A stretch of DNA of 32,000 bases from Candidatus Methanoperedens sp. (GCA_027460535.1 JAPZAR010000030.1:1-32000), one strand, 5' to 3'. Positions 9,292 to 18,948 are shown, numbered from the stretch's first letter. Numbers and translations: made by a program. The notes: generated from the letters alone by a model not told the origin.

Positions 9292-12057
9292 TTGGAAGAC
9301 GTTACCGTTAAAATCAAGGGCATGATGTGCGGCCACTGTGAAAAAACAGTTACTGAAGCTGCAATGAGTGTTAAAGGAGTGACGAAAGCCCGGGCAGATC
9401 ATAAAAAAGGCGAAGTAAGAGTTTCCTATGACACAAAAGTCACGGACCTTGAAGTAATACATAGCGCTATCAGAGCATCGGGTTATGAGGTAATAGATGA
9501 AGAAGAAGCCTGCCCGCTCCCCGCCAGGCAGCCTGTGATACAGTCTGAAGCTGAAGAGAAACCAAAGGGGGAGGGAGGCTTTAGAAAAAGCTCCATCAAG
9601 ATCACAGGGATGACATGCGCTTCCTGTGCCCAGAACATCGAGAAGGCGCTTAATAAGATAGAAGGAGTGGTAAATGCATCTGTTAATTTCTCATTCGAGA
9701 AAGCCGGAATCGAGTACGATTCATCAAAGGTGAACCCAGCAGTTTTCGAGAACACCATAACCTCACTGGGATATGGAGTTGCCAAAAGCGATATAACACT
9801 GAAAGTCGGTGGGATGCACTGCGCCTCCTGTGCTATCAATATCGAGAACGCGCTTAAGAAAACAAACGGGGTGGTTTCCGCGAATGTGAGTTTCCCGCTT
9901 GAACGGGCAAAGATTTCATATGACCAGGAACTCATCTCTGTTTCAGATATTAAAAAAGTAATCGAGAGTGTGGGTTATTCGGCTTCTGAGAAATTGGAGA
10001 GGTCAGATGCGGACAGGGAGCAGAGGGCGCGCGAAGAGGACATAAAGCGGCAGAGAACTAATTTTATCATAGCACTCCTGCTTGCAGTCCCTATCTCACT
10101 GGGCGACATGGGGCGCAATCTCGGATGGACTTTTGTGCCTGACATCCTGAAAAATGATTATGTGCTTTTCATCCTTGCAACTATGGTGATGATGTTCCCC
10201 GGGCGGCAGTTCTTCGAAGGGACGTATAAAGGATTGAGACACGGCATGACGGATATGAACCTCCTGATCGCCACAGGAACAGGAGCCGCTTATGCCATCA
10301 GCGTTGCCGCCACTTTCCTTGATCTTGGCGCGGCTTATAAGCACACCTACTACGACACAGCAGCACTGCTTATTATGTTCATCGTGCTCGGTCGTTATCT
10401 TGAGGCGCTCACAAAGGGAAAGACCTCGGAAGCTATCAGGAAGCTCATGGGGCTTGCGGCAAAAACAGCGCGCATAATCGTGAACGGGGAAGAGAAGGAT
10501 ATCCCTGTTGAGGACGTCAAGGTCAATGATATCGTGGTCGTCCGTCCAGGCGAGAAAATACCAGTGGACGGCAAGGTAGTCGAAGGTCTTTCAGCCGTCG
10601 ATGAATCCATGATCACGGGAGAGAGCATACCGGTTGAGAAACCCGTGGGTTCGGAAGTAATAGGCGCCACAATGAACAAGACCGGCATGATAAAGTTCAA
10701 AGCCACTAAAGTTGGTTCGGACACCGCTCTTGCCCAGATAATCAAGCTGGTCGAGGATGCACAGACACAAAAGGCGCCCATCCAGAAGCTAGCAGACATA
10801 GTTGCAGGACATTTTATACTTGCAGTACACGTTATAGCTCTCGTTGTCTTTTTCTTCTGGTTCTTCATAGGATTTGAGCGCTTCAATGTGCTGTCCACAT
10901 CTCTGGCAATGAACATGGGGCCCACTTCCCCGCTTCTTTTCTCGCTGTTAATATCAATAACGGTGCTCATCATATCCTGTCCGTGCGCGGTAGGACTCGC
11001 TACACCCATTGCGATCATGGTGGGCACAGGTAAAGGGGCTGAGAATGGCATACTCATTAAGGGCGGCGAGGTGCTTGAAAAGGCGCAGAAGCTGGATACC
11101 ATTGTGTTCGATAAGACAGGCACGTTGACAAAAGGCGAGCCTGCGCTGACGGATGTGATAGCCATCAAAGGCGATGAGAATGAAGTCCTGAAGCTTGCAG
11201 CAATAGCTGAGAAGGGGTCTGAACATCCGCTCGGAGAGGCCATACTTAAAGGTGCGAAGGCGCGCGGAATAGACGTGCCGGATGCAAATGGGTTCAGGGC
11301 GATCCCCGGCCGGGGTGTCGAGGCGAGATACGGCGGTAAAAGGATACTAATCGGGACCCGGAAGCTGATGGTAGAGAACGACATGGATACCGCTCACTTC
11401 GCCGGCAAGCTGGAAGAACTCGAACACAACGGCAAGACGGCCGTGCTTGTGGCGCAAGATAATGAGATTGCCGGAATAATAGCAGTTGCAGACACCCTGA
11501 AAGAGAATTCTGCGGACGCTGTGCATGAACTGCATGAGATGGGTTTTTCTGTGGCCATGATAACAGGCGATAACAGGAGGACAGCCGATGCTATCGCAAA
11601 ACAGGTGGGCATCGATAAAGTATTATCAGAAGTCCTTCCTGAGGATAAGGCAGCGGAAATAAAGAAACTGCAGGCAGAGGGCAGGAACGTGGCGATGGTG
11701 GGCGACGGTATCAACGATGCACCCGCACTTACGCAATCGGACGTTGGCATAGCCATTGGAAGCGGCACCGATGTTGCCATCGAATCAGCCCAGATCGTGC
11801 TGATAAAGAACGACGTGCGCGATGTGGCAAAAGCCATACGCCTTAGCAGACTCACGCTGAATAAGATAAAGCAGAACCTCTTCTGGGCATTCTTCTATAA
11901 CTCGGTGGGGATACCCATTGCTGCCGGTATCCTGTATCCATTCACGAACCCGCCGTTCCTGCTCAATCCGGCAATTGCGGCAGCAGCCATGGCCGCCAGC
12001 TCTGTCACCGTGACGATTAATACCCTTCGCATGAAACGGATCAGGTTAAAGGAGTGA
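9292..12057 (+). CDS. copA: Copper-translocating P1B-type ATPase with three N-terminal HMA domains
   Basis: Three GM(M/T/H)C(G/A)(H/S)C metal-binding motifs, the CPC motif ([11 protein letters not shown]), DKTGTLT, the HP dipeptide (SEHPLG) and GDGINDAP are all present. The start is TTG. Confidence 0.95.
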   Translation: MEDVTVKIKGMMCGHCEKTVTEAAMSVKGVTKARADHKKGEVRVSYDTKVTDLEVIHSAIRASGYEVIDEEEACPLPARQPVIQSEAEEKPKGEGGFRKSSIKITGMTCASCAQNIEKALNKIEGVVNASVNFSFEKAGIEYDSSKVNPAVFENTITSLGYGVAKSDITLKVGGMHCASCAINIENALKKTNGVVSANVSFPLERAKISYDQELISVSDIKKVIESVGYSASEKLERSDADREQRAREEDIKRQRTNFIIALLLAVPISLGDMGRNLGWTFVPDILKNDYVLFILATMVMMFPGRQFFEGTYKGLRHGMTDMNLLIATGTGAAYAISVAATFLDLGAAYKHTYYDTAALLIMFIVLGRYLEALTKGKTSEAIRKLMGLAAKTARIIVNGEEKDIPVEDVKVNDIVVVRPGEKIPVDGKVVEGLSAVDESMITGESIPVEKPVGSEVIGATMNKTGMIKFKATKVGSDTALAQIIKLVEDAQTQKAPIQKLADIVAGHFILAVHVIALVVFFFWFFIGFERFNVLSTSLAMNMGPTSPLLFSLLISITVLIISCPCAVGLATPIAIMVGTGKGAENGILIKGGEVLEKAQKLDTIVFDKTGTLTKGEPALTDVIAIKGDENEVLKLAAIAEKGSEHPLGEAILKGAKARGIDVPDANGFRAIPGRGVEARYGGKRILIGTRKLMVENDMDTAHFAGKLEELEHNGKTAVLVAQDNEIAGIIAVADTLKENSADAVHELHEMGFSVAMITGDNRRTADAIAKQVGIDKVLSEVLPEDKAAEIKKLQAEGRNVAMVGDGINDAPALTQSDVGIAIGSGTDVAIESAQIVLIKNDVRDVAKAIRLSRLTLNKIKQNLFWAFFYNSVGIPIAAGILYPFTNPPFLLNPAIAAAAMAASSVTVTINTLRMKRIRLKE

Positions 12058-12061
12058 AAAA

Positions 12062-12283
12062 ATGGATAAAAAGCTCGGGTATTACAGCGTGCTTGCAAGC
12101 CTTGTTACCTCAATAATAGTTGTGCTCCTGTTCTTTGGTCTTTCCTTGACGAAGATCAGCACCAGTCCCAATGTGTACACAAGAGTTGATGTGTATGCGG
12201 GAATGGTGTATGTATTCATTCTTTCCATGATCGTGTCGGCATCGATATGGCCCGGAATTATCGAGAAAAAATTAATGAAATGA
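12062..12283 (+). CDS. Small two-TM membrane protein
   Basis: 73-aa ORF starting 4 nt after the copA stop, with two hydrophobic helices. Confidence 0.4.
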   Translation: MDKKLGYYSVLASLVTSIIVVLLFFGLSLTKISTSPNVYTRVDVYAGMVYVFILSMIVSASIWPGIIEKKLMK

Positions 12284-12302
12284 TTGCGAAAGGCTGCATA
12301 TC

Positions 12303-13073
12303 CTATCCGTATTTTACAACTTCTGCGACCAGGATGACAGTGTCATATGCAAACCCAAGCTTCCCGTCTTTGAGGTTTACTCCGAGACCTGTGGCATCAT
12401 CTATCGCGCTCTGCCTCATTAAATCCTCAATAAGGTTTGTTTTTGTTTCATCAGTCCCTGCCCTTCTGATCCACTCATCGAAATCCTGAGGTATATCCCA
12501 GTGTGTCAGATCGATGATATCCGCTCCGATATCATTGAACATATTTTTCATTTCGCTCAAAGGATATATCCGGACATGGGATGGGTCGCGCATCTTTTCG
12601 ATCCTGTTGTGAAACTGGCTTTTCCCTGGGTTTTCAGATGAAACGCCATCTACAAGCACGATTCGTCCTTTGGTTACGCGTTTCATTTCGGAAAGAGCTT
12701 TCTTTGGGTCGGGAAAATGATGGAATGCAAATCTGCATGATACGATATCGAATGACCTGTCGGGAAAAGGCAGAGATTCAACGTCAGAAAGAAGAAATCC
12801 GGTATTCTCAAGTCCATAAATTTCTTGCTTTTCAAGGGCAAAGAGCAGCATATTGCGCGTAAGATCACAGCCTATCGCAGTGTTCGCTATTTTGGCATAC
12901 TCAAACGCCAGGAATCCTGAGCCTGTAGCGATGTCGAGAACTATGTGGTTCTTCTTTACCCCGCTTCTTTTGACCACCTCGGAGAGATGAACCCCGTCCA
13001 CAAAAATGTTCCCTTTTGAATATGCTTCGGCTCTCTTCCCGAACTGTTTTATCGCGTTTTCTTTAACTCCCAT
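12303..13073 (-). CDS. Class I SAM-dependent methyltransferase (Methyltransf_11/UbiE-like)
   Basis: VLDIATGSGFLAFEYAK...GCDLTRNML...FDIVSCRFAFHHF gives motifs I, II and III. Confidence 0.85.
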   Translation of the reverse strand: MGVKENAIKQFGKRAEAYSKGNIFVDGVHLSEVVKRSGVKKNHIVLDIATGSGFLAFEYAKIANTAIGCDLTRNMLLFALEKQEIYGLENTGFLLSDVESLPFPDRSFDIVSCRFAFHHFPDPKKALSEMKRVTKGRIVLVDGVSSENPGKSQFHNRIEKMRDPSHVRIYPLSEMKNMFNDIGADIIDLTHWDIPQDFDEWIRRAGTDETKTNLIEDLMRQSAIDDATGLGVNLKDGKLGFAYDTVILVAEVVKYG

Positions 13074-13159
13074 TGCAGCCGGTGGAATACCCTGCGGAGA
13101 TATATAATTTATGTTACTGGCGCGTTGGAAAATCCCGCCATGCCCGGGGGGCGACCGGG

Positions 13160-14410
13160 ATGGATAATAATAATATAATGAAAGGATATAATAAGCTTAC
13201 AATGGACATCATAATAACTATACTCATAATTATAGTGTTAGCAAAGATATTCAGTGGGATCTTTGCGCACTTCAACCAGCCTGTTATCATCGGAGAGGTG
13301 GTCGCAGGGATTGCACTTGGTCCATCTATCCTCAATCTCGTAAGTCCGCAGGCAAACGGGTTGGATGCCCTGGCAGACCTCGGGGTTTTCTTTCTCGTAT
13401 TGTTCGCAGGAATGCAGATGTCCCTGGCGAGCATGAAGGAGTATTATCGCCCCGCCTTTTTTGTTGCTTTTATGGGGAATAATCTGGCCATTATTTCTGG
13501 TTTTGCTGTGGGGAAAATCTATAATATGGATTTTATAGGTTCGTTATTCATCGGCATCGTATTCTCTCTTACTGCTCTGCCCATTGGTGTAAAGATATTG
13601 ATGGATCTTGGGAAATTGGATTCGCCCACAGGGAAAATCATCGTGGCTTCAGCAATACTCGATGATATTTTCAGTATTTTCCTATTTGTTCTTGTCCTAT
13701 TCATTGTGGAAAGTGGTATCAAGAATCTGGAAATTGGTTTTATATTCACAACGCTAATAAAAATAATACTATTCTTATCAGTGGTCTATATTTTAAATAG
13801 ATTCCTGACCATGAAAAGTGGAGATCAGGTACCGTATATCATCAGGTCCCTGGGCAAATTAACCAAGGAATCGCAATTTTTTTATATCCTCGTCTTCGGT
13901 ATCTTTATTGGATACCTTGGAGGAATGCTGGGAATTACTTTCATCATTGGAATCTTTTATGCAGGAACTCTTATAAAAGGTTCAACGATCGGTGAGAAAG
14001 CGTATAGGCATGCTCACGATGTCATATCCTCCGTTACGTTCGGGATATTTTCACCAATTTTCTTTGCGTACATGGGATTGCTGATGAACGTGAAATCGGT
14101 TTTTGACTACACCAATCCATTCACATCTCAAAATCTCTACCAGTTATTCTTTTTCATGAATTCATTATTATTTGCGATGGTAGGGAAAAGCGGCGGGGCA
14201 TTCATCGGTGGTCTGCTCGCCAATATGAAGATCAGGGACGCCGCTGCGGTAGGTATTGGAATGAACGCCCGGGGACTGATGGGGCTTGTGATTCTGGAAA
14301 TCGGACTCAAAAACGGGCTTGTAAGCCAGAGTGTTTATGCCATGCTTGTGGCGATGTGCCTGATCACCACTTTTATGACTCCCAGCCTTCTTAGAAAGAT
14401 CATTAAATGA
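13160..14410 (+). CDS. Cation:proton antiporter (CPA2, Na+/H+ exchanger family)
   Basis: Polytopic membrane ORF. QPVIIGEVVAGIALGPSILNLV is the typical first-helix motif of Na_H_Exchanger proteins. The ORF is open from 13073, but Met codons at 13160, 13178 or 13202 are more plausible starts. Confidence 0.8.
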   Translation: MDNNNIMKGYNKLTMDIIITILIIIVLAKIFSGIFAHFNQPVIIGEVVAGIALGPSILNLVSPQANGLDALADLGVFFLVLFAGMQMSLASMKEYYRPAFFVAFMGNNLAIISGFAVGKIYNMDFIGSLFIGIVFSLTALPIGVKILMDLGKLDSPTGKIIVASAILDDIFSIFLFVLVLFIVESGIKNLEIGFIFTTLIKIILFLSVVYILNRFLTMKSGDQVPYIIRSLGKLTKESQFFYILVFGIFIGYLGGMLGITFIIGIFYAGTLIKGSTIGEKAYRHAHDVISSVTFGIFSPIFFAYMGLLMNVKSVFDYTNPFTSQNLYQLFFFMNSLLFAMVGKSGGAFIGGLLANMKIRDAAAVGIGMNARGLMGLVILEIGLKNGLVSQSVYAMLVAMCLITTFMTPSLLRKIIK

Positions 14411-14519
14411 ATGAAAACTTGACAGATAATCCGTAACCCAATTCAGATTTTATTCACCGAGAAAATCTATATAGTGCGAAACAGGATTAAGTACAATTCA
14501 ATTACCAAGTGAATTCAGT

Positions 14520-15722
14520 ATGAACTTTGAAGAAGTCATCGCTCTTAGGAAAGCCTTTAAGTCGGTGAAAGAAAGGCAGGCACAGAATGTGCCCAGAGAC
14601 TTTAAGGGGAGGAAAAAGAGGCTCAAAGCTGACAGGGAGTTCTGCGTCGGGAATGAAGAGCTTCTTGCGAGGACTATCGACAAGCTCAGGAAAAACGGCA
14701 TAACAGTTCATTATGTAAAGGAAAAAAATGAGGCTATAAACGTAATCCTCGATGAGATAGGAAAGGAAAAACTCGTTGTAAAGTCCAAATCCAATGTCAC
14801 CAAAGAAATAGAATTGACCAAAGCTCTTGAGAAAAAAGGATTGACCGTGGTTGAGACCGATATCGGAGATCGGATCTTGCAGCTGCTACATGCGAAACCT
14901 TCCCATCCTACGGGCCCTGTAACTCACCTTTCGGCTAAAGAAATAGCACATGGACTTTCAAAACACTATGGTACGTCTATAAAGGAAACTCCGGAAGACA
15001 TTGTGAGAATAGTCAGGGAGGATGTGATCCTGAACATCGGGAAGGCAAAGATCGGCATCACCGGGGCCAATGCCATAACAGCCGAGGAAGGGTCCATCGT
15101 GCTGACCCATAATGAGGGGAATATCTACGAGGTCATGAGAAAAGAAAAGCATATAGTTGTGACCTCGATAGATAAGATATATCCCGATATCGAATCGGCG
15201 ATGAACATGCTGAAAATTTTATGCTACAATGCCACGGGTTCGACCATCCCTTCTTTCGTTGAGGTGATAAGCGGGGTCAGCAAGACCGCGGATGTGGAGA
15301 AGAAATTCATAAAAGGCGTTCATTATCCTTCTGAGGTCGTCGTGGTGCTGCTGGATAATAAAAGGAGCGAGCTTGCGGCGAAAGGGTTCAAGGAACTTCT
15401 CCAGTGCGTGGGATGCGGGAATTGCCTGCTCTGCTGCCCGATGTATAATACTGTTGGCAATGAATTCGCTCTGGATAATTACCTCGGAGGGAAAGGGATC
15501 GCATATTATTCCCTCTGCAATAACGAAAAGAACGAGAAGCTGGAACTCTGTCTCACATGCGGTAAGTGCAAAGATAATTGCCCTGTAGAACTTGATATTC
15601 CAGCTCTGATAAAAAAGATCAGAAGTGAGGGAATTTCTTCAGAGATATATTATTTTTTGAAATCGCATGCGATGTGGGTATATTACCAGACCTGTCTTAG
15701 ATTAGGGATGGAAAGCAAGTAG
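14520..15722 (+). CDS. LUD-domain iron-sulfur protein (LutB-like)
   Basis: 400 aa: a DUF162/LUD core followed by two ferredoxin-type clusters (CVGCGNCLLCCP and CLTCGKCKDNCP). Confidence 0.7.
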   Translation: MNFEEVIALRKAFKSVKERQAQNVPRDFKGRKKRLKADREFCVGNEELLARTIDKLRKNGITVHYVKEKNEAINVILDEIGKEKLVVKSKSNVTKEIELTKALEKKGLTVVETDIGDRILQLLHAKPSHPTGPVTHLSAKEIAHGLSKHYGTSIKETPEDIVRIVREDVILNIGKAKIGITGANAITAEEGSIVLTHNEGNIYEVMRKEKHIVVTSIDKIYPDIESAMNMLKILCYNATGSTIPSFVEVISGVSKTADVEKKFIKGVHYPSEVVVVLLDNKRSELAAKGFKELLQCVGCGNCLLCCPMYNTVGNEFALDNYLGGKGIAYYSLCNNEKNEKLELCLTCGKCKDNCPVELDIPALIKKIRSEGISSEIYYFLKSHAMWVYYQTCLRLGMESK

Positions 15723-15723
15723 C

Positions 15724-15746
15724 ATGCACCGATCGAGATTTGAACC
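15724..15746 (-). other. Orphan 3' fragment of tRNA-Gly (att-like direct repeat)
   Basis: ATGCACCGATCGAGATTTGAACC matches 22 of 23 nt at 30217-30239, which is the T-loop, T-stem 3' strand and acceptor 3' strand of the intact tRNA-Gly. The bases that would form the T-stem 5' strand (GGCGG) cannot pair, so this is only a fragment. Confidence 0.75.
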
Positions 15747-15831
15747 GCCGCCCCCGACACTCGACCCCCCGCGCAGCCGTTGCGGACTCTGCGCACTTTG
15801 CGGTGAAGCCTCCTGATTCTTGCACGGAGCC
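15747..15831 (+). repeat. Copy A of a G+C-rich intergenic element (core TTGCGGACTCTGCGCNCTTTGCGGTG...CCTCCTGATTCTTGCA)
   Basis: The 52-nt core aligns with the copy at 22901-22952 with about 5 mismatches. It directly follows the tRNA fragment. Confidence 0.8.
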
Positions 15832-16028
15832 ACACCTCCCACCAAAAATCAAGCTCCGCAGATCACCCCGCTCTCCAGCATGGCGCCGCTCTGAATCCTG
15901 CGCTCCTGTTCGCATATTCATGGTGTTTTTGAAGCCCTCAGCATGTAACAAGGCATATCATCTCGTAAATATACTAAATAACCTGAATAAGCAGAGAAAT
16001 AAAAGAGCGGACGAAGGTTGCGGTTATC

Positions 16029-16220
16029 ATGAAAGACAGGACTCATACCGAGCATATCGAGCGATGGGCCAAATTTATAAAAACACATCCTCGCTCAATC
16101 TGGATCAGGGAGGTTGGACCTCTGATAGACGCGCAGATAATCATGGCAAATACTTTCTATGAGCGCCTCGCTAAAGTTGAAGGTGGAATTGAGAAAATAA
16201 GAAAACTAAGGAGAATCTAA
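16029..16220 (+). CDS. Hypothetical 63-aa protein directly abutting cas6
   Basis: The ORF ends with TAA at 16218-16220 and the cas6 TTG start is at 16221. AGGAG at ~16208 sits inside its 3' end. No family recognised. Confidence 0.4.
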   Translation: MKDRTHTEHIERWAKFIKTHPRSIWIREVGPLIDAQIIMANTFYERLAKVEGGIEKIRKLRRI

Positions 16221-16988
16221 TTGAGAAGTAAAATAACAGTCAGAAACATCTCAAACCTTCCTGTTAATTTCGATTATCAGTATGGTCTGGCATCAATGCT
16301 CTATTTCAAACTTGCCGGCGCGGATGTCAAGCTGGCTAACGAAACTCATGCTCATCAGGGATTCAAGTTCTATACATTCTCCAATCTTGTGTTGATGAAT
16401 AGAAAAACCTGTAAATCAGGTCTTTGTTTTGAGAGGGCATATTTTATCCTGTCCTCACCTGATGACAGATTCATCAAGAGTTTTACCGAAGGTCTTCTCC
16501 AACACTCAGAATTCTATTTAGATGGACCAGACGGCAGAGCAAATTTCGTAATTGAGCGCATCGAAATACTGAAAGAACCATCTTTAGGCGACGAGTGCTG
16601 GTTCAAGACCGTATCTCCAATCTATGTCAAGACCATGCGTAAAGAGAATGAAAGTTTGAAAGAGGTCGATCTCTATCCTACTGAGCCGAAGTTCTACGAG
16701 AACCTCCACAAGAACCTGACAGAACGCTTCACTGAATTTTATGGCAAAGCACCCCTTGATCATTTCGATGTAATTGAAACTGAGGGCATCAAGCCAAAGC
16801 GCATCAAAATATCAGAAGGCTATAGGCGATGCAATCTCATGAGTCTGCGAATCCAGGCAAGTCCTGAGCTTTTGAAGTTCGCTTACGATGCAGGGCTTGG
16901 GGAGAAGAATGCGATGGGGTTCGGATGTGTGGATGTTGTGGATCAGGGTCAACATATGAAAAATTTAACCGCAGATAAACGCAGATGA
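16221..16988 (+). CDS. cas6: Cas6 CRISPR repeat endoribonuclease
   Basis: 255 aa with a typical N-terminus (MRSKITVRN...) and the C-terminal glycine-rich loop GLGEKNAMGFGCVDVV. It holds the first position of a I-B operon. Confidence 0.9.
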   Translation: MRSKITVRNISNLPVNFDYQYGLASMLYFKLAGADVKLANETHAHQGFKFYTFSNLVLMNRKTCKSGLCFERAYFILSSPDDRFIKSFTEGLLQHSEFYLDGPDGRANFVIERIEILKEPSLGDECWFKTVSPIYVKTMRKENESLKEVDLYPTEPKFYENLHKNLTERFTEFYGKAPLDHFDVIETEGIKPKRIKISEGYRRCNLMSLRIQASPELLKFAYDAGLGEKNAMGFGCVDVVDQGQHMKNLTADKRR

Positions 16989-17000
16989 ACGCAGATTTAT
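16971..17000 (+). repeat. Three tandem 10-bp units GCAGAT(AAAC/GAAC/TTAT) spanning the cas6 stop codon
   Basis: GCAGATAAAC GCAGATGAAC GCAGATTTAT read directly from the sequence. An inverted homologue lies at 23332-23363, with a partial one at 22993-23009. Confidence 0.75.
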
Positions 17001-17084
17001 TAATTGGGCTCTACATTCCGATTACCTGCAAGAAAGCCAAACTAAGAGATGTGCGGGAAAATAGTTTCACCCCGCTCCACAAAG

Positions 17085-17092
17085 TTTTATAA
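17085..17092 (+). promoter_or_regulatory. Candidate archaeal TATA box for the Zn-ribbon ORF/cas8 operon
   Basis: TTTTATAA lies ~25 nt upstream of the start-codon cluster at 17111-17122, which is compatible with a leaderless transcript. Confidence 0.3.
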
Positions 17093-17110
17093 CCTCGCAG
17101 TTAATTTAAA

Positions 17111-17557
17111 GTGTTGATGATGGTGGAGAAAAGAGGTGGAAAAGCAAAGAGCACAAAAATGTTGACAGTAGCATGCTCTATCTGCGGCATGGACATGGAC
17201 TGCCCGGAATCGATGCTGGGGGCGGAGCGGCATTTCTGCGCGCAATGTACTGATCTCATGGCTGAAGGCTATGAGCCTGAGGAACTGAAGATGAGCCCTG
17301 AGGATATAGCGCAGCATTTGCCCGGATGCGATGAGGTATCAATGCTGTTGATGGATCTTACCTTCGATGGCTACTGGAATAAAGTGCTGGAATACGGTAT
17401 AGAGCATTTTGATAATGAAAGGCTTGCGAAACAGAGCTATCTCCGGGGGGCAACTTCGATGCTGGGGCTTTTGATAAGTGCGGGGATGCCGCCGGAGTTT
17501 CTGGATGAACTGGCGGAGGGGATAAGGGGGGAGAGGAGGATGGGGGAGGGGAAGTGA
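17111..17557 (+). CDS. Uncharacterised Zn-ribbon protein encoded between cas6 and cas8
   Basis: 148-aa ORF with CSICG-x15-CAQC followed by a helical region. Its stop TGA (17555-17557) overlaps the cas8 start (GTGATGA). It is G+C-rich, unlike the downstream genes. Confidence 0.5.
   Translation: MLMMVEKRGGKAKSTKMLTVACSICGMDMDCPESMLGAERHFCAQCTDLMAEGYEPEELKMSPEDIAQHLPGCDEVSMLLMDLTFDGYWNKVLEYGIEHFDNERLAKQSYLRGATSMLGLLISAGMPPEFLDELAEGIRGERRMGEGK
17507..17556 (-). repeat. Inverted partial copy (E) of the G+C-rich element, embedded in the 3' end of the Zn-ribbon ORF
   Basis: The reverse complement CACTTCCCCTCCCCCATCCTCCTCTCCCCCCTTATCCCCTCCGCCAGTTC aligns with 22855-22899 (CACTCCCCCGCCCCCCATCCTCCCTCACCCCCGCGCCGCCAGTTC). 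About 38 positions match with a few indels. Confidence 0.7.
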
Positions 17558-18948
17558 TGAATAACGATATCGAAATGAGAAATGAATTTGTTGGGGATCC
17601 AATCGTTGATTCCGGTTTGCTCGCAATTAAATTATTGGGAAATAAAGAAATAAATGACTGTTCAAAAGAAGAATTAAAAAAGATTACAGATGAACTTATT
17701 GAGCTTTATCTAACACCTGCTTGGTCAAAAGATATTTTATCCATATTTCCAAATAGCACTTATGTTCAATATGCCAAGAATTATGATAGAGAAGGAAAGT
17801 CCAAAGAGTTTCTATATGAATTAATAGAAGGTTTAGATAAATCTGAAAATGATGGGGATTATTGTATTTTTTGTGGGAAACATGCATACAAGAGGAAAGA
17901 TAATAAACCTTTCGTCAAAACACAAATACCTTTAGTCGGTTCATCTGATTTTACTAATTTTTCCCCATCATTTAAAAATGGCATTGATATTTGTGCAAAA
18001 TGCGCTTTGGCAATTCAATTTGCACCTATTCTATTTTATAAAACTGGTGGAAAACCAAGTTGCATAAGCTGTAACAATACGGACGTTATGAAAACATTTG
18101 GAGAAGAATGTATAGGATATATTACTCAAAAAAAATTACTGGGTGGTTATAAATCCAAAGACGTTTCTGGCATATTTGATGAAGGTTTTAAATCAACACA
18201 AAATGCCTTGTTTCATTTAGCATATAAAACCTCTACAAAATATAAAAAGTTGGGACTTTTAAAACAAAACGAAGAAATTGTAATATATCGCGTTGATAAT
18301 TACAATCAAAATCCGGCCGGAGTTACAATACATAAAATACCGAATAATATATTCAGATTTGTTATCAATGTGATGACAAGTCCTCAATATAAAAAAAATT
18401 GGTATGATTTACTTTCAAAACATTATGCGAAATCTGATGCAAAAAGTGATTTTCCAGTCTGGAAAGTCAGTTATAATAGGATTCATGATTCTTTATTAAA
18501 AAATGAAAGCATATTATGGGCTTTCAGAGATGATAACGAAAAGAAACCAACATTACCATGGATTATAGTTGAGTCCTATATGGAGTTAGTGAGAAATATG
18601 AATAAACAGAGAATTGAGGGTATCAAAAATCTGGCTGATAAAATCGCCATCTGCATCGAAGAGAATAATAATAAAAAGAGAGTTAATGATATTATTTCAG
18701 CCAGAGATTTTCCAACTTTTAGAAATCAATTGAGATTAGTTTTCAGGGATTGGCAAAAATTAGGTAAGGAGCAACCTATGATAACTTATGAAGATTATAT
18801 CTCAGCAATCATCCCGGAAGATTATTCCAATTGGAAAGAAGTTCAGGATTTGATAATTATAAGGTTATACGAAAAATTGCATAATATGCTATCGAGTGGA
18901 GTAATTGATGATGTCGAACAAGAAAAATCAATAGGTGATGAAGAATGA
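17554..18948 (+). CDS. cas8b: Type I-B large subunit Cas8 (Cas8b/Cst1-like)
   Basis: 464 aa, positioned between cas6 and cas7, with a CIFCG...CAKCA zinc-finger pair as seen in Cst1/Cas8b-type proteins. It overlaps cas7 by 4 nt. Confidence 0.75.
   Translation: MMNNDIEMRNEFVGDPIVDSGLLAIKLLGNKEINDCSKEELKKITDELIELYLTPAWSKDILSIFPNSTYVQYAKNYDREGKSKEFLYELIEGLDKSENDGDYCIFCGKHAYKRKDNKPFVKTQIPLVGSSDFTNFSPSFKNGIDICAKCALAIQFAPILFYKTGGKPSCISCNNTDVMKTFGEECIGYITQKKLLGGYKSKDVSGIFDEGFKSTQNALFHLAYKTSTKYKKLGLLKQNEEIVIYRVDNYNQNPAGVTIHKIPNNIFRFVINVMTSPQYKKNWYDLLSKHYAKSDAKSDFPVWKVSYNRIHDSLLKNESILWAFRDDNEKKPTLPWIIVESYMELVRNMNKQRIEGIKNLADKIAICIEENNNKKRVNDIISARDFPTFRNQLRLVFRDWQKLGKEQPMITYEDYISAIIPEDYSNWKEVQDLIIIRLYEKLHNMLSSGVIDDVEQEKSIGDEE

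Noticed and set aside
9483-12098. Multiple antisense or out-of-frame ORFs inside copA (for example 10395-11384, 11394-11855, 9483-9935)
   Set aside because: These are shadow ORFs typical of a G+C-biased long gene. The + strand frame has all the P-type ATPase motifs.
15697-16162. ORFs 15740-16162 (+) and 15697-15951 (-), and the similar peptides FADSA-FAV--PDSC encoded by element copies A-D (also in ORFs 23085-23309 and 24228-24416)
   Set aside because: All four copies are open in the same register through the core. However, the differences between copies are mostly non-synonymous (for example H/P and K/M from single mid-codon changes). The frames terminate at different points and there are no credible starts. 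I treat them as a non-coding repeat rather than a gene family.
17339-17626. Proline-rich antisense ORF (95 aa) over the Zn-ribbon ORF/cas8 junction
   Set aside because: It is simply the translation of the C-rich strand of the repeat element (PLPHPPLPP). It spans the sharp composition boundary and overlaps two better-supported genes.
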